A stretch of 64,000 bases of DNA, taken from Cyanidioschyzon merolae. Taxonomy: Eukaryota. Made by a program: the position numbers and the translations under genes. Below, piece after piece: positions 1 through 11,703 of the stretch (position 1 is its first letter; the number at the start of each line of letters is the position of its first letter). Below the pieces are notes generated by a model. That model made no database searches. It had not been told where the DNA came from and worked only from the letters and a program-made list of their open reading frames with translations. The stretch lies in assembly GCA_000091205.1 (NCBI GenBank), contig AP006500.2. The stretch is one strand, 5' to 3'.

Positions 1-789
1 GATGGAGAACGCGCTGACATTCCGCTTCGACTTGGGTATCGTTCAAAAACTGGAGAGCTCGAAGCCTCCACGCATGCTTCTCATCCTCAACTGATTCAGC
101 GATGAAACTCCATGGAAAACTGCTCAGCACTTTCCGACGCTGGTACCAGCCGGACGGTCGTGCAAACAGCTGCTTCCGGCGAGCACGAGCATCCATAGCC
201 GCTGCAAAAGACTCGTTGAATGCCTTTTCACTTTTTGCGACACGTATGGACGATCGTATTCGCAACGGATTTTCTGCCCGTTTCCACCAAAGAACGCAAG
301 GCGTTACCGGGCGTTGTCGTCAATAGATAGAAAAGTGTTCTGCAGCAGCTGATGCCCAATAAAGAGCAGGCATCGCGTAGGCAGCAAAGTCGAGAAATGC
401 CCTGCTTCTGCTAGGTTCTCGTAGGGTACCCTTAGAACTGGGTAGCTCGTTTCCGCGTTTTTTCGATGCTTGTCTACGTCGAGCGGGGCGTCCACGATGC
501 GGCGCTCGACGCGTTTGTGTTCAATTCAACTAGAGTCCTGAATGACTTGCTCTGTTCCTGCCTTTGTATATTTACAAGGACTTTTTTTAGAGGAAGATTG
601 TCGACATTCGACGTTCAGCACTGCGGCCTTGCGCATTTATTCGTCGTTTCCGGATTCCTGGTCGTCTCTGTGGGGTACTTGTTCGACGCTTTGTGGCTGG
701 ATTTGATGACATCATTGAAATCGAGATGTTTCGCGAATCTCTCTAAAAAGTTTCGTAATAGCCAACATTATGCTCGAGTTTATGCGTGC

Positions 790-1500
790 AAGCCTCGACT
801 CCTTTCCTGTGGTATGTTGCATGTTCAAATCTCGCAAACTTTACGTTTTCGATCTTTCTGTTTCAAGGCAACTCATGGTTCGGCAATTACCGGGCTGCAT
901 CGGCGCGGAAACCTTCTCGACGTCATCCTTTGACGACTTTTGCACAAGCTCACGCCGAAATCTCGACGAGACTGTCACGTGAACGAATGGATTCCATCCG
1001 AAGGACGAATGCGTCCCTCTGTGTGGCCATCAAACAGGAGGCGTTCCACAGCAGCATGATACCTCTCAGTGAAAACGTGCTCCAAGATGATCCAGTCTCT
1101 TTTGTTTGCACTGAAAGAGGTTTCGGACTCGGACCTAATGTGTAGCAGCGAACGCTTCCGGTACAACATGCGTTACCGCTTTTCGAGCACGCAGCGTCTA
1201 TGGTCTGGAATTTCTCTACTTGGTCTGCAACTTGAATTGGCCTCCCGGTACGCGTTTCCTCATGGAAGACACAACAGTCCACAAATCCGTTGTCCAGTGC
1301 AAGAGCGTGCGCTTGGGCATGCAGCATTCAGAGTACTCGCCGAGCGGATCGCCATGGAGAAGCCCTTGATCCTTGTGCATTGTGCTGGGAGCGGAAACAG
1401 CGACGAGCATGGAAAGTCGCATGCTGTGCCAGACAAGGGCATGTACGGAGCACTGAACCAAGCGTTCACTTGCCACATAGCGGTGCCCGATGGATGAAGA
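790..1500 (+). repeat. Dispersed repeat, copy A (matches 7600-8320, same orientation, about 70-75% identity by eye)
   Basis: Matching blocks by manual alignment, e.g. 'gattccatccgaaggacgaatgcgtccctctgtgtggcc' against 'gattccttacgaaagacgaatccagttctctgtgtggca', and 'agcgtgcgcttg' in both. The small ORFs translated from each copy give similar peptides (RTNASLCVAIKQEAFHSSMI vs RKTNPVLCVARDHAAFRRSMI). Confidence 0.6.
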
Positions 1501-2843
1501 TGTTCAGCAGACATACGGGAACGCCGGAACACGTGACAAGCGCTCCGCACCGAAGCCGTGCACATAACTATGAAATCTTAATCGAAGCTCAGCTCACAAC
1601 TTCCAGCTGTGCGTGGAATGCGTCAACAATTACCGAAAGCTGCGAAATCGGGATGTGAACACCACCGTCATCATCTTTCGATTACTGGTACCGGAGCTGG
1701 GCGAACATGACAGAACACCGTATTTAGAGCCGGAGATAAACGGGTGAACAAGGAAGTAGTCACAGAAAAAAGACCCGCAAAGACTGCTTCATATGGCTAC
1801 GAGAAGCCAATACCTTTACGACATACGCCCCATTTAGCTAGCCGGAATCGTTCCATTCTATGCTGACATGCTTGAATTCCTTGAGGTTCTACGAGGAACC
1901 GCAGGCGCCCGGGCGATCATGGCGAGGAAACGTCCGCGGATACGCGAGTGCATCAAGTCGCTCTCGAGGCGACCTCAACTGCACTGCACACACACTTCAA
2001 CGTTCTTCCGCCCGCTTGAGACCAGATTTTGCGTTGGGTGTGAAGGCTCGATCCACTCGTATACTTCGTGGATACGAATCCAACCATAAACGACGCACGA
2101 GCACAGAACAGCTTGGCGTTAAACTCGCGGGCCGCGGCTCGAAGCAGCGCAGCTTTGCACCCGCTCCCCAACGCGCTCAGAGGTGGTACTGGTGGTGCTG
2201 GTTGCCAACGTCGTCGTCGTCGTTGTCGTTTGCGGAAGTGTGGAGGCACCTAAATCCCTGGAGCAAACTGATCCAACACGAGGACTTGTCATAATCAAAC
2301 AAAAAATCGGTTTGTGACGGCTTGCAAGCAGGGAGGCTTCCTAGTTTGCGCCCCGTCTTCAGCACTCCCAGTGAGGTCTCGGAAGAAGCGCACGCACCAG
2401 GGCAAGGCTCGCGGGCAGCACAAAGCGCTCATGCTTCGGGTGGTGGACGTCCTTACACCGGAACGAGTCCGGGCTAATCGGCAGCTATATACGGCCTATC
2501 TGCGCTGGGTCGCACGTTATCCGGTAGCAAAGCTGCGGTGCCAGCTGCGTCTCAATATCCAGGAGGCGTTTCGTTTACGACAGGCATATTTTCGAGCGCT
2601 CCTACGTGATGCGCTTCGTAGCCGTCATGCGAACGAGACGCGCATCCGCCAAGTACTCCATAATTTAGACGAACAGCTCCATGGAGAAGCGCGGCAGGCG
2701 CTAGATGCCTTGGAACGCTTTCGTCTCGAGCTGAAGCAGCTACCTGCATGGTCTGCAGACAAACAAGTTGCCGACGACGACCGCGTGCGGTAAACCGCGG
2801 CAAGACATTGCCAGTTTCGGCGCTAGTCCGGATGTTGCTCCAT

Positions 2844-3800
2844 CTAGGGGTCCTTGGGAGTTCCCGTCAACGTCATACGCGGTCGATCCATTAGAAGACT
2901 CTTGGTGGCCTCGTAGCCGCCGAAAAAAAGCGCTCCGCCCAGCGAAATCCAGAGAATGCGTGGCGTCGTCCCGCTGAACAGTGTTCCGATGCCCTCTTCA
3001 CGTGCTATCTGTTGCATGGTTCCCCAGATTCCTTGCTGTGTGGCTGCACTAGCTGATCTCGTCATTAACCGAGTCTTGACAACGTCCAGTGGTGTGGTGC
3101 AAGCCGCAGCGATACCGCCTGCTGCGCTACCACACAAAGCGGACTCCCAGGTTTCTAGCGCACGACCTTTGCGTCGGGACCATATCTTTTTAAACGCTTC
3201 GTAGAGGGGAAATTCAAGGATATCGAAAGGCACCTCACGAGCGATCAGTGAGCCCCATCCGCGATACAGGCCGCGAATACCCTCCTTCGAAACGATGGCG
3301 CTTACAGCGTCCACAGAACTTCGATAATAGCCCGCTTGAAGATTCTGCTTCACCACCTCGAAGGGCACCCGCATGAAGGAGCCCGCCAGGTCACCACCAA
3401 CGGCAGCCACCATATGGACCAGCGGCGGTGCACTCTGCGGAAAATTTATCGTGAGGGTTTTCTTCAGCCAATCGTAAGTACCGAAAAATGCCGCAGCTGC
3501 GGGTGCCGATGCAACAATAGCCGGAAGTATACCGTTGTATATGCCCCGAAAGGTCTGAGCACCAAGGCGCGAGCCCGGAACCTGAAGTCTTGTTTTCAGT
3601 GTGTCAAGCGGGAACAAGACCAGGTCAGCGATGGTGCCAGCAGCGGCCCCCGAGATCAGACCAACTCTAAAAGACTCACTCGGCGGTAAACTCCGCTCTG
3701 TTGTACGATGCTTTTTTGGATCATTAGTGCGTGTCTCGTTCATGACAACAGTGATGCTGTAACGACGCCGACAACAACTCGCTAAGCAACGTCGACGCAT
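2844..3800 (-). CDS. Mitochondrial carrier family protein, S-adenosylmethionine carrier-like (SLC25A26/SAMC type)
   Basis: About 300 aa with three carrier repeats: 'LFPLDTLKTRLQ' (cf. human SLC25A26 LFPLDTIKTRLQ), 'VPFEVVKQNLQ', 'TTPLDVVKTRLM'. The internal Met (MNETR..., aa 20) is a plausible alternative start. Confidence 0.75.
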   Translation of the reverse strand: MRRRCLASCCRRRYSITVVMNETRTNDPKKHRTTERSLPPSESFRVGLISGAAAGTIADLVLFPLDTLKTRLQVPGSRLGAQTFRGIYNGILPAIVASAPAAAAFFGTYDWLKKTLTINFPQSAPPLVHMVAAVGGDLAGSFMRVPFEVVKQNLQAGYYRSSVDAVSAIVSKEGIRGLYRGWGSLIAREVPFDILEFPLYEAFKKIWSRRKGRALETWESALCGSAAGGIAAACTTPLDVVKTRLMTRSASAATQQGIWGTMQQIAREEGIGTLFSGTTPRILWISLGGALFFGGYEATKSLLMDRPRMTLTGTPKDP

Positions 3801-6035
3801 TGGAGAAGCAGGTGTGGGCGCAGACCTAGCGGTACCAGTGAACGCTTCTCGGTTTGTCCGTATACCTTCAGTTAGTTAGATTGCAGTTGTTGCACGCGAC
3901 AGCGCAGAACAGGTCGCAGTCAACGACTCCGGGTCGCCGGGCGAGACTCGACACCAGCTGCTAAGCGATACGCCCACCTGTACACGCCTTCCAAAAGTGA
4001 GCCCACAAGCGCTGCCGAATAGAACGCGCCGTTCAACCTCAAACTGCAAGATCGCGTCGCAACCCTAAACACTAGGCCTGTTAGAGGTCAAATGCAAGTT
4101 GCAACGTCACCGAGGTCAACGCTGTCGAAGAGGCTCCGAGCTCCGAGTCATTGGCCAAGCACGTCGTCGCCGTCGACGGCCGCTTCTGGGTATCTCCGAA
4201 TGGGAGAAGCGATCGCTGCTGAGGTTATTGCTTCCCCATTATTGCCATCTAGGGGCGTCTGTGAGGGGCTCTTCGGGCTTCCTCTTCCCAGGTCACGTGC
4301 GGCGATGACGTCTCTGGAAGCGTCTGGTTAGATTTTGGGATACTATAGGACTCGTTGGAACCTGGAAGTATTTGCGAATGAACTGACGACTTGACAGTCG
4401 ACGAGAGGTTATCACGCCGACGCCCTAATGTGCGCAAGGTATGTCCCTGGGGGGTTCATTCGCTTACTTCCGTGAAGTGTGGATATTCATCGTGCATCTA
4501 CGAAGCATTGGGTTTTGTGGTTTGTGGACGGGGCTTGATAAGGCCAGTGCCCGTCAAACAAGGTTTCCTGAAAGGCCATAAACCTACATGGTGTCATCGC
4601 TGGGGTTGCACGGGTGTGTGAGCCGCAGAACGCCGCGGCCACGGGTGTCGACGAGCAACCAGCTTGGGCAGGGCTTGTTCAGCGGCTCTGCAGCTGCGTT
4701 TGTTCGGGAATAGCGGTGCATCAGCACCAGTCCTTTGTCTGCGTTTGCCAGTGAATGCCGTTGCACGTAGGGCCGTAGCTGCTGCACGAACTCGTGCCTA
4801 GCGGCTAGCCGGCGGGCAACGGGCAGGTAGCCTCACCGGTAGTATCCAGCTTCTATCCGTGGATACGGCTATGGTGGCAATAGACCGGGTAAGTGTCGAT
4901 GAAAACGTGACGTTGACAGGTCAGGCACTGCCAGCGGACGGACGTCCGGGACGGGTACCCGCTTCCCTGTACCGATTCGAGACCGTAAAGAATCCGTCAG
5001 TCAGACTGGAAAAAAGCGTTCGTAGCATTGAATCCAGTATTTCATGCTTGTTGTCGATAAGATGCGCTCTGCGTCATGAGCATCACGCACGTCCGTTTCA
5101 TCGTATCTGAAGGACGGAGGCGACACCTGGGCCTAGTAGAGAACGCTGCTAGAGGAGCAGGCTGGCTGTATAACTGGTTTAATTTACCCGTTTACAGCGC
5201 ATAGCGTAGAAGTAGCCCCATGCTAAAGGACGCCTCGACATGACTACTGAAAGGATACCACTTCAAGCCAAGCGTATTGGATTGTTCAGTTGTAGAGGTC
5301 TTGGTGAATCCAGACAGATTGATCAAGAGTCTCGTGTGCGACTGAACAGTGTAACATTTATAGAGAGATCCTTTCACAACCCGCGGCTGCGGTATGGCAG
5401 GCATGCAAATAAGCTGGAACCCAAACGAAGGCACAGCAGTGCGCTGATTGGCTCTCATTCGTCCCAATGAGTGATCTGTGACTTTTCACCACGCAGCCTT
5501 GATCCGGTACCGGTAATAAAGCGCGGAGTTCCAGGCGTTTCTGGTCGAGTGTTGCGCTGCGGTACAGGAGGGCGATCTGCGCTCCAGTTACCGCTCGCTT
5601 TACAGAGCAGGATCGCTGAATCCAATCAGATTCTCCTGGAGGCTCCATTGCTGCCGCCAAAGATGCAATAGACCCATTTACTATGCAAGCGCTGCTGCCT
5701 TGCATCAACCAGGTGCGACCGATCGATTCTCGAATGAACGATTGTACAACTACATGAATGCATCTATGAAGGACTGCACAAACTGAGTCCACGCGCGCAG
5801 CCAACGCAAGTGTTTTACAGCTGGACGGCGCTTGGTCGTTCTTAAAAGTCGTTCAGGGTGACGTTCCTCGTCGTGCAGCGCTTTAACCGCGGTTCCAAAG
5901 CGGGTACCTACCCATCGAGCCGCAGCTCGGATTTTAGGCGGTTATCGAGCGCACGGTGCCTTGGTACGGGTGTGACAGCGCACTATCAACGAGTGCGCTC
6001 ACGGACGCCAAAGCAAGTTCTCTCAAACTGAAGCT

Positions 6036-7310
6036 GTGGGTGCAGGTTCCCAGACAGAGAGCCAGTCGAGGCTGCGTTCAATTGTGCTGTGTTGCACTCG
6101 CCGTCGACGCTCTACGGCTAGAGACGTAGCGTTCGTGTTCATGCACGATCCTGTGTGCTTCATACAGCATCCCGCGGCACGAACGGTGCGGCATGCTCTG
6201 TACCAGCGACCCGCTTCTGGTGCGCTGCCGAGGGCGACCCGCTGCTACCGGTGCCGCTCAGTCGTGCGTTACGGCTGGCTGAGGGCCTCCAGTGAGCACT
6301 CGTCGGAGCGACACGTCCTCGTTACTGGTGTGGCGGGTTTTCTGGGTTTCCACGCGGCCCTAAAACTTGCCACCCGAGGCGATCGGATCACTGGTATCGA
6401 CAACTTCAATGCGTACTATGACCCGAGCCTCAAACGAGACCGAGTGCGCTACCTGATGCGGCACGCTCCTGCTATACGCATCATCGAGTTAGACTTGGCG
6501 GATCAAAAAGCTGTCGATGAACTGTTCGCATCGCATCGCTTTACCCATGTGCTCCACTTGGCTGCGCAGGCCGGCGTACGACACTCTATCTCGCACCCGC
6601 ATTGTTATATCCAGAGCAACTGCGTTGGCTTTCTTCACATCCTAGAGGGCGTCCGAAATCACCGCCCGCAGCCACCGGTTCTAGTGTATGCATCCTCGTC
6701 GTCGGTGTACGGCCTGGAGACGCAGCTGCCGTTTCGCGAGTCAATGACCGCCGATGCACCAGCGTCTCTCTACGCAGCCACAAAACGCGCCAACGAACTC
6801 ATGGCTTTCACGTATCATCATCTGTACGGTATCAAGACGACGGGTCTCCGATACTTTACAGTCTATGGCCCGTGGGGTCGACCCGATATGGCCTACTACG
6901 CGTTCGCGAATGCGATGCATTCTGGCAAGCCGATTACCCTCTACCGATCGGGGTCAGCGGAGCCCTCTCGGGATTTCACGTACGTTGATGACGCGATCGA
7001 TGCAACTGTAGCTGCACTTGATCGCGCATATCCGTGGGAAGTTTTCAACGTGGGGAATCATCGCATGGAGCCGCTCAGTGCCCTGGTTACCAGTCTGGAA
7101 GAAGCGTTCGGCATTGAGGCGCTAAAGCAACATACCGGGCTGCAGTCAGGAGATGTACCTGCGACCTATGCTGATATTGGCAAGGCGAAAGAGTTGCTCG
7201 ACTATGATCCGAAAACGAGTCTTCGCGAGGGGATCAAGAAGTTTGCCGCCTGGTATCAGTGGTACCATGTGGAGAACCGGCATGCCGTGGAGGCAGGTCT
7301 GGGAATCTGA
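6036..7310 (+). CDS. UDP-glucuronate 4-epimerase (GAE-type NAD-dependent epimerase/dehydratase)
   Basis: Rossmann motif 'VLVTGVAGFLGFHAALKL'; 'IDNFNAYYDPSLKRDRV'; 'FTHVLHLAAQAGVR'; 'YASSSSVYG'; 'ASLYAATKRANELMAFTYHHLYGI'; 'GLRYFTVYGPWGRPDMAYY'; 'RDFTYVDD'; 'KKFAAWYQWY'. Near-collinear with plant GAE1. The first ~90 aa of the ORF are low complexity, so the true start may be an internal Met. Confidence 0.85.
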   Translation: MGAGSQTESQSRLRSIVLCCTRRRRSTARDVAFVFMHDPVCFIQHPAARTVRHALYQRPASGALPRATRCYRCRSVVRYGWLRASSEHSSERHVLVTGVAGFLGFHAALKLATRGDRITGIDNFNAYYDPSLKRDRVRYLMRHAPAIRIIELDLADQKAVDELFASHRFTHVLHLAAQAGVRHSISHPHCYIQSNCVGFLHILEGVRNHRPQPPVLVYASSSSVYGLETQLPFRESMTADAPASLYAATKRANELMAFTYHHLYGIKTTGLRYFTVYGPWGRPDMAYYAFANAMHSGKPITLYRSGSAEPSRDFTYVDDAIDATVAALDRAYPWEVFNVGNHRMEPLSALVTSLEEAFGIEALKQHTGLQSGDVPATYADIGKAKELLDYDPKTSLREGIKKFAAWYQWYHVENRHAVEAGLGI

Positions 7311-7599
7311 GATGAGTCTCGAGTGCGCTGTCGACAGGGGTTGTGCGATGATGGAACACGGACCTGCTGGCTCTGCTCCTGCATTGCGGTTTTAGTTCCG
7401 AATTTTTATTAGACGAAAAGCGTCGATATTCGAGGGGCAGCAACAGGAACGCACAGATTCACACATCGTTTTAGGATTCTCGGTCGTCTTTCGGGAATGG
7501 GTTACGGTTACGTGAATCGAGATGATTCGGTGCGCTCTAAAACAATTGTCCGTAAAATATCCGATATCATCATCCAGTTTGTATGTGAGAACTTATACG

Positions 7600-8320
7600 C
7601 TTCTGCTTTCCTTAGGCATTGCATGTTCTGTTCATTCATTCTTCAAGTTTTGGATCAGTCTGCTTCAAGGTAACTGGTGCGCGGACTCTTGTATGCCATT
7701 GGATGGACGAGGAAACGAACTCAACATGGCACCGGAACGACTTGTTCGCGAGCTCTGGCCGAAAGTTCACTGAACTCGTCACCCCTCAACTAATCGATTC
7801 CTTACGAAAGACGAATCCAGTTCTCTGTGTGGCACGCGACCATGCGGCATTCCGCAGGAGCATGATAGCGAGCATGCGCTATGGTACCAGAGGCATCCGT
7901 GCCTTCTGTTTTTGCATGGAAAAGGTTCCTGGACCCGGACTCGAGTCATCACAGCGATTGCTTCGACTAGAGCATGCGTTATTGCCGTATACGATTGAGC
8001 TTCATCAAATCAAAAATGTGCAACTTGCTTTTCTGCCTGAATTTTCGTCGGGTGCTCGTTTTACCTAGGACAAGATTGAATTCGGCAAGTCCCGTACCGA
8101 ATGGAACAGCGTGCGCTTGCAAGTGTAGCTGCCAGACCACTCAACGACTGGGTAGCCCAGAGGATGCCTGTGATTCCAGGGGACGGCATCGGGCGCGGAT
8201 TCAGAGGAGGGCATCGAGTGGGGCGCTCGGTACCCATCGGCGGCATGTATCGAGCGATAAAGCGCGCCTTTAAGCATCATCGAGTTGCCCTCAGAGGCGA
8301 AGCAGGTGCAATGGACATAC
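7600..8320 (+). repeat. Dispersed repeat, copy B (partner of 790-1500)
   Basis: See copy A. Collinear similarity by eye includes 'ttgcatgttc', 'ttcaagg(c/t)aact', 'ctctgtgtggc', 'catgcgtta', 'tgcaacttg', 'agcgtgcgcttg'. Confidence 0.6.
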
Positions 8321-9371
8321 CTGGGAACACCTGAACACATAAGGGTGTCACCGCTGTACGGGTCGCACCAACGCTGCATAGAAGCTCGATGAAAGTGACG
8401 AGCGATGCGTCGATCGCATGTTGCATTGGGGCATGGAACATGTCGACAACAGCCAGCAACAGCGGCCCAGGGACTTTACCACTACCATCAACATCCTTCG
8501 ATGACTGACCACGGTGCTGGAGAGGCAACATAGACTAGCAGATGTAAACCCTCAGCTAAGAGCGTGGAAAATGGAACAGCAAAACAACAAGCGTGCAAAG
8601 GCTGGTGTTGGCGTCAATGCGAAGAGACCCAGACTTCAGTGTATACGCCCGAGTTCGAGGGCCTGTCCCATATCGTTGTGTCACGGGTGTAACTGTGTTC
8701 TCGTTTATCGCGAGCCTATCCATGGAAACTGCTTTGCCTTCCAAGTCTAGCTGCAAAAGTCGTTGCTGGATGGAAGAGCCCAGACCGCGGCGCCCTCAAG
8801 ACAAAGCCCCAGTCGTTATCGTGTCCATGGATGGAACGACAGCGAAAGCGTGCGACAACATGAGCAGCGGCTGCGCTGAGTGTTTCGGTATCAGCATTTG
8901 CAGCGCCGCGTTGACGACATTAGCGCATCAGTGGTTTCAGTCAATGGAGAGTGTGCATGCCCGGCAGTGTTTGCTCCCCGTAGCCACTGCTTTCTAACTG
9001 GGCACTGATCATTACTAATGATGTATTGGCTTAGTCGCTCACCAACCTGGATGCGATGCGATGCGATGCGCAGCATGTCGTGACGGGATTCGTACCTGAA
9101 ATGCCGCGAGGTCCCGAGCTCGCTTCGCACTTTGAGCAGGTGAACGCAAGTGTACGCCGAGTGTGTCACGTCCAAAACTGATAAGCGAGTGACCGTCGCG
9201 ACTCGGGCGTACCACAAGCAACCGCCGATGAATGAGCGCTCGTCAGCAGCAGGAACCGAGTCAGAGGTCTCGTAACCGTCTGCATACGGGATGTCATCTC
9301 TAAATCGGGTTATATCCGAATGCGTCGCCCACACATACTTGATCTCCAGTCCGAGGTGCCCCGAGACTCTG

Positions 9372-10325
9372 TCAGGATCCCGCTGGAAGCCGCTCTGTAG
9401 ACGTCCGTGCTGCCGATCGAAAAGGAATCAAGATACCGAACGGAATGTGCTGGATAACGGGGAGCTTCGACCATACCTCCGCTTTGTACATTCGCAACAG
9501 ACCAGCGTTGATCCGTGACCAGTTTTCTAGACCGCTGATGTCGTACAAGGTTGGCGAATGTTCCGCAAATGGACCTCTCTTCGTTTCCAGGATGAAGCGG
9601 ATCGTGTCAAAGTACAAATACTTCGGTGCGAGTTCGAGCACCAGCTCTCGGTCGCGAGCTGCCACTGGTGGTACCTCCGTATCTTTTCCGATCAGCTGCG
9701 AAGAACCAAACAAGAACGGAAGGAAAACGTAGTCGTCAAGTCCCCATACGCCGTGCGATCCTGCGGGCTCCAGGGTAAAGCGCTGCTGAAGGTACCGCGT
9801 CGTGGCTAGATACGCAGGGAATACACTGAGCACCAGTTCGGGAAAGTCCTCAGCTCGGAAGAGATGCAGACGGTGCAGACAGAACATAAACAGCAGAAAA
9901 GAGGCCTCGTGTCCTGTGCCATAATCTATTCGCATCGGGTCCCCGAACGCGCCCAAAAAGTATGCTTGCAGGTCGGGGCCGTATCGTTTGGTTTGATCGC
10001 TTTTGACAAGCAGCTCTTCAGTAAAACGCGGCGTACGCTCCTGCAGCTGTGAAAACCACGTCCGAAAAGCTCGGTTTCCGAAGCGTCCAGTTTCCGCCGG
10101 AAGCAGTTCAACCTCCGCTGCTAACTCTTTCAAAGCAGCGAGCTCCGCGGTAACCAGGCTAGTGGCCGGAACTCGGGGCCCGGCTAGGGCGTCCCCCGAG
10201 AGACCACGAACGCTGCAGTTCAGTCGTTCTACAAAGTCCCAGATGTCTTGGAATGCAGATGACTCCAAAAACTCGGCCAGATCTTTGTGGTCGTAGATCT
10301 GGCGTACTGGCTCAGACTCGTCCAT
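9372..10325 (-). CDS. Serine/threonine-protein phosphatase 2A activator (PTPA / phosphotyrosyl phosphatase activator)
   Basis: PTPA hallmarks: 'GVWGLDDYVFLPFLFGSSQL' (cf. GFWGLDD.QFLPF.FGS.QL); 'HLFRAEDFPELVLSVF'; 'YLYFDTIRFILETKRGPFAEHSPTLYDISG'. Start placed at the second in-frame Met (MDESEPVRQIYD..., verified in frame); the ORF extends to 10403. Confidence 0.8.
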   Translation of the reverse strand: MDESEPVRQIYDHKDLAEFLESSAFQDIWDFVERLNCSVRGLSGDALAGPRVPATSLVTAELAALKELAAEVELLPAETGRFGNRAFRTWFSQLQERTPRFTEELLVKSDQTKRYGPDLQAYFLGAFGDPMRIDYGTGHEASFLLFMFCLHRLHLFRAEDFPELVLSVFPAYLATTRYLQQRFTLEPAGSHGVWGLDDYVFLPFLFGSSQLIGKDTEVPPVAARDRELVLELAPKYLYFDTIRFILETKRGPFAEHSPTLYDISGLENWSRINAGLLRMYKAEVWSKLPVIQHIPFGILIPFRSAARTSTERLPAGS

Positions 10326-11703
10326 GTTTCCGGGAAGAAGACCTCTCGGCAAAGGTAGAAATGCACGCGCCACGCTCAAATGTGCGGTGTTGACGGCGCG
10401 CACCTGCTTCGCATCGCAGAGACATCAAAGAGTACAGTTCACGACACGCCCCATGATCGAGACGTCCAGGAAATCATTTGCAGTGGAGGATCCATGAGTC
10501 GAAGCAGACGATTCCAGAACGCTGAACGCTGCCTCGTGACGATCATATTTCTCGACTTATCTCGCGACTTCTGTGACATCGCATCGCCTCGAGAATGCTG
10601 CTTTTGCGTACAGCAAAAGCGTGGTCGATCTCGCTGCTTCTCAGGCTCCCAGTTGATCCATAATTTTTTTATACAGGCGTTGACGAGCGTAGATTTGTAA
10701 AATGCTCCGGTTTTACCGCGCACTCGGTGGCGTGTACCCTGATCAAGTCCATAAGCCACGCAGATGTTCTGCTCTGCACAGCGCTGTGAACGCAACTCGC
10801 CGGCCGCTCGCGCCACATCGGTAGAGTCAGCATCCGTTTTCTGAGCAATTTTCTGGAGGTATGCAACAACGTTCACATTCTAGTGTATTCCAAGCTGGGT
10901 AGCAAGGCGCCACCGCAATTTCTCTTCCTTTGTGAGCGGAGATATCACGATGCGAACCAGAATTGCTCATGTGTCGTTCCAGATGACATGCTTATTGGAC
11001 AAGGCGCTGGCATGATTTTGGGATAAATGCTATGCATGAACGCCGCACCAAACTCGGGTCGCATGTCGCCAAGTGATGAGGCAGCAGATATCCACTCACG
11101 CACAGACAAAGCAGAAAGAATCTGTACTGTGGTAACATATGCAATTCTTGAACGATTCATATGGGCAACAATGCACATGATCTTCGCCCGCGCGACGTCG
11201 CTTCGAGGAGGCGAACATGCTGCCCGTGCCATCTGCTGCTGACGAACGCCAGCCATGCAGCAGCTCGCCATTGCTCGCCCTATGCGAACTCTTACCCCTC
11301 GGATACACGTAAAAGCTCTGCACCAAATACTTCGCGGACGTGTAGAAGCAACGCAGGTGCGGTACCTCGAGAGACAGACAGACAGAAAGACAGAGAAAGA
11401 GACCCCGTCAGCATGCACGTATCCCAGGAGCCCGCTGCCGACGTGTCCATCGATCCTGCGTGTCCATGGACGCACACAACACGCACACATTCGAGCATCA
11501 AGAAGAGCGCGCTCCGTGCAATCGCACAGGGTTGCGTCTAGTTCTGTACTACAAGTTCTAGTTTCTAGAAGATGCGTGCATGCATGCAGCAATCGAATGC
11601 GTGCGTCACACGCGTCAGACGGATCCAGAGGGAAGCGCTGGTTAGCGCCTTCCCTGCTATCCGCCTGCGTCTACGACTTTGGACCCGTAACTTGCGTTTC
11701 TAG

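Noticed and set aside
790-8320. Direct repeats at 790-1500 and 7600-8320 considered as the LTRs of a retrotransposon
   Set aside because: The ~6-kb interior encodes ordinary cellular genes (a SLC25 carrier and GAE) on opposite strands, with no gag/pol. The copies are only about 70-75% identical and I see no TG...CA termini or target-site duplications.
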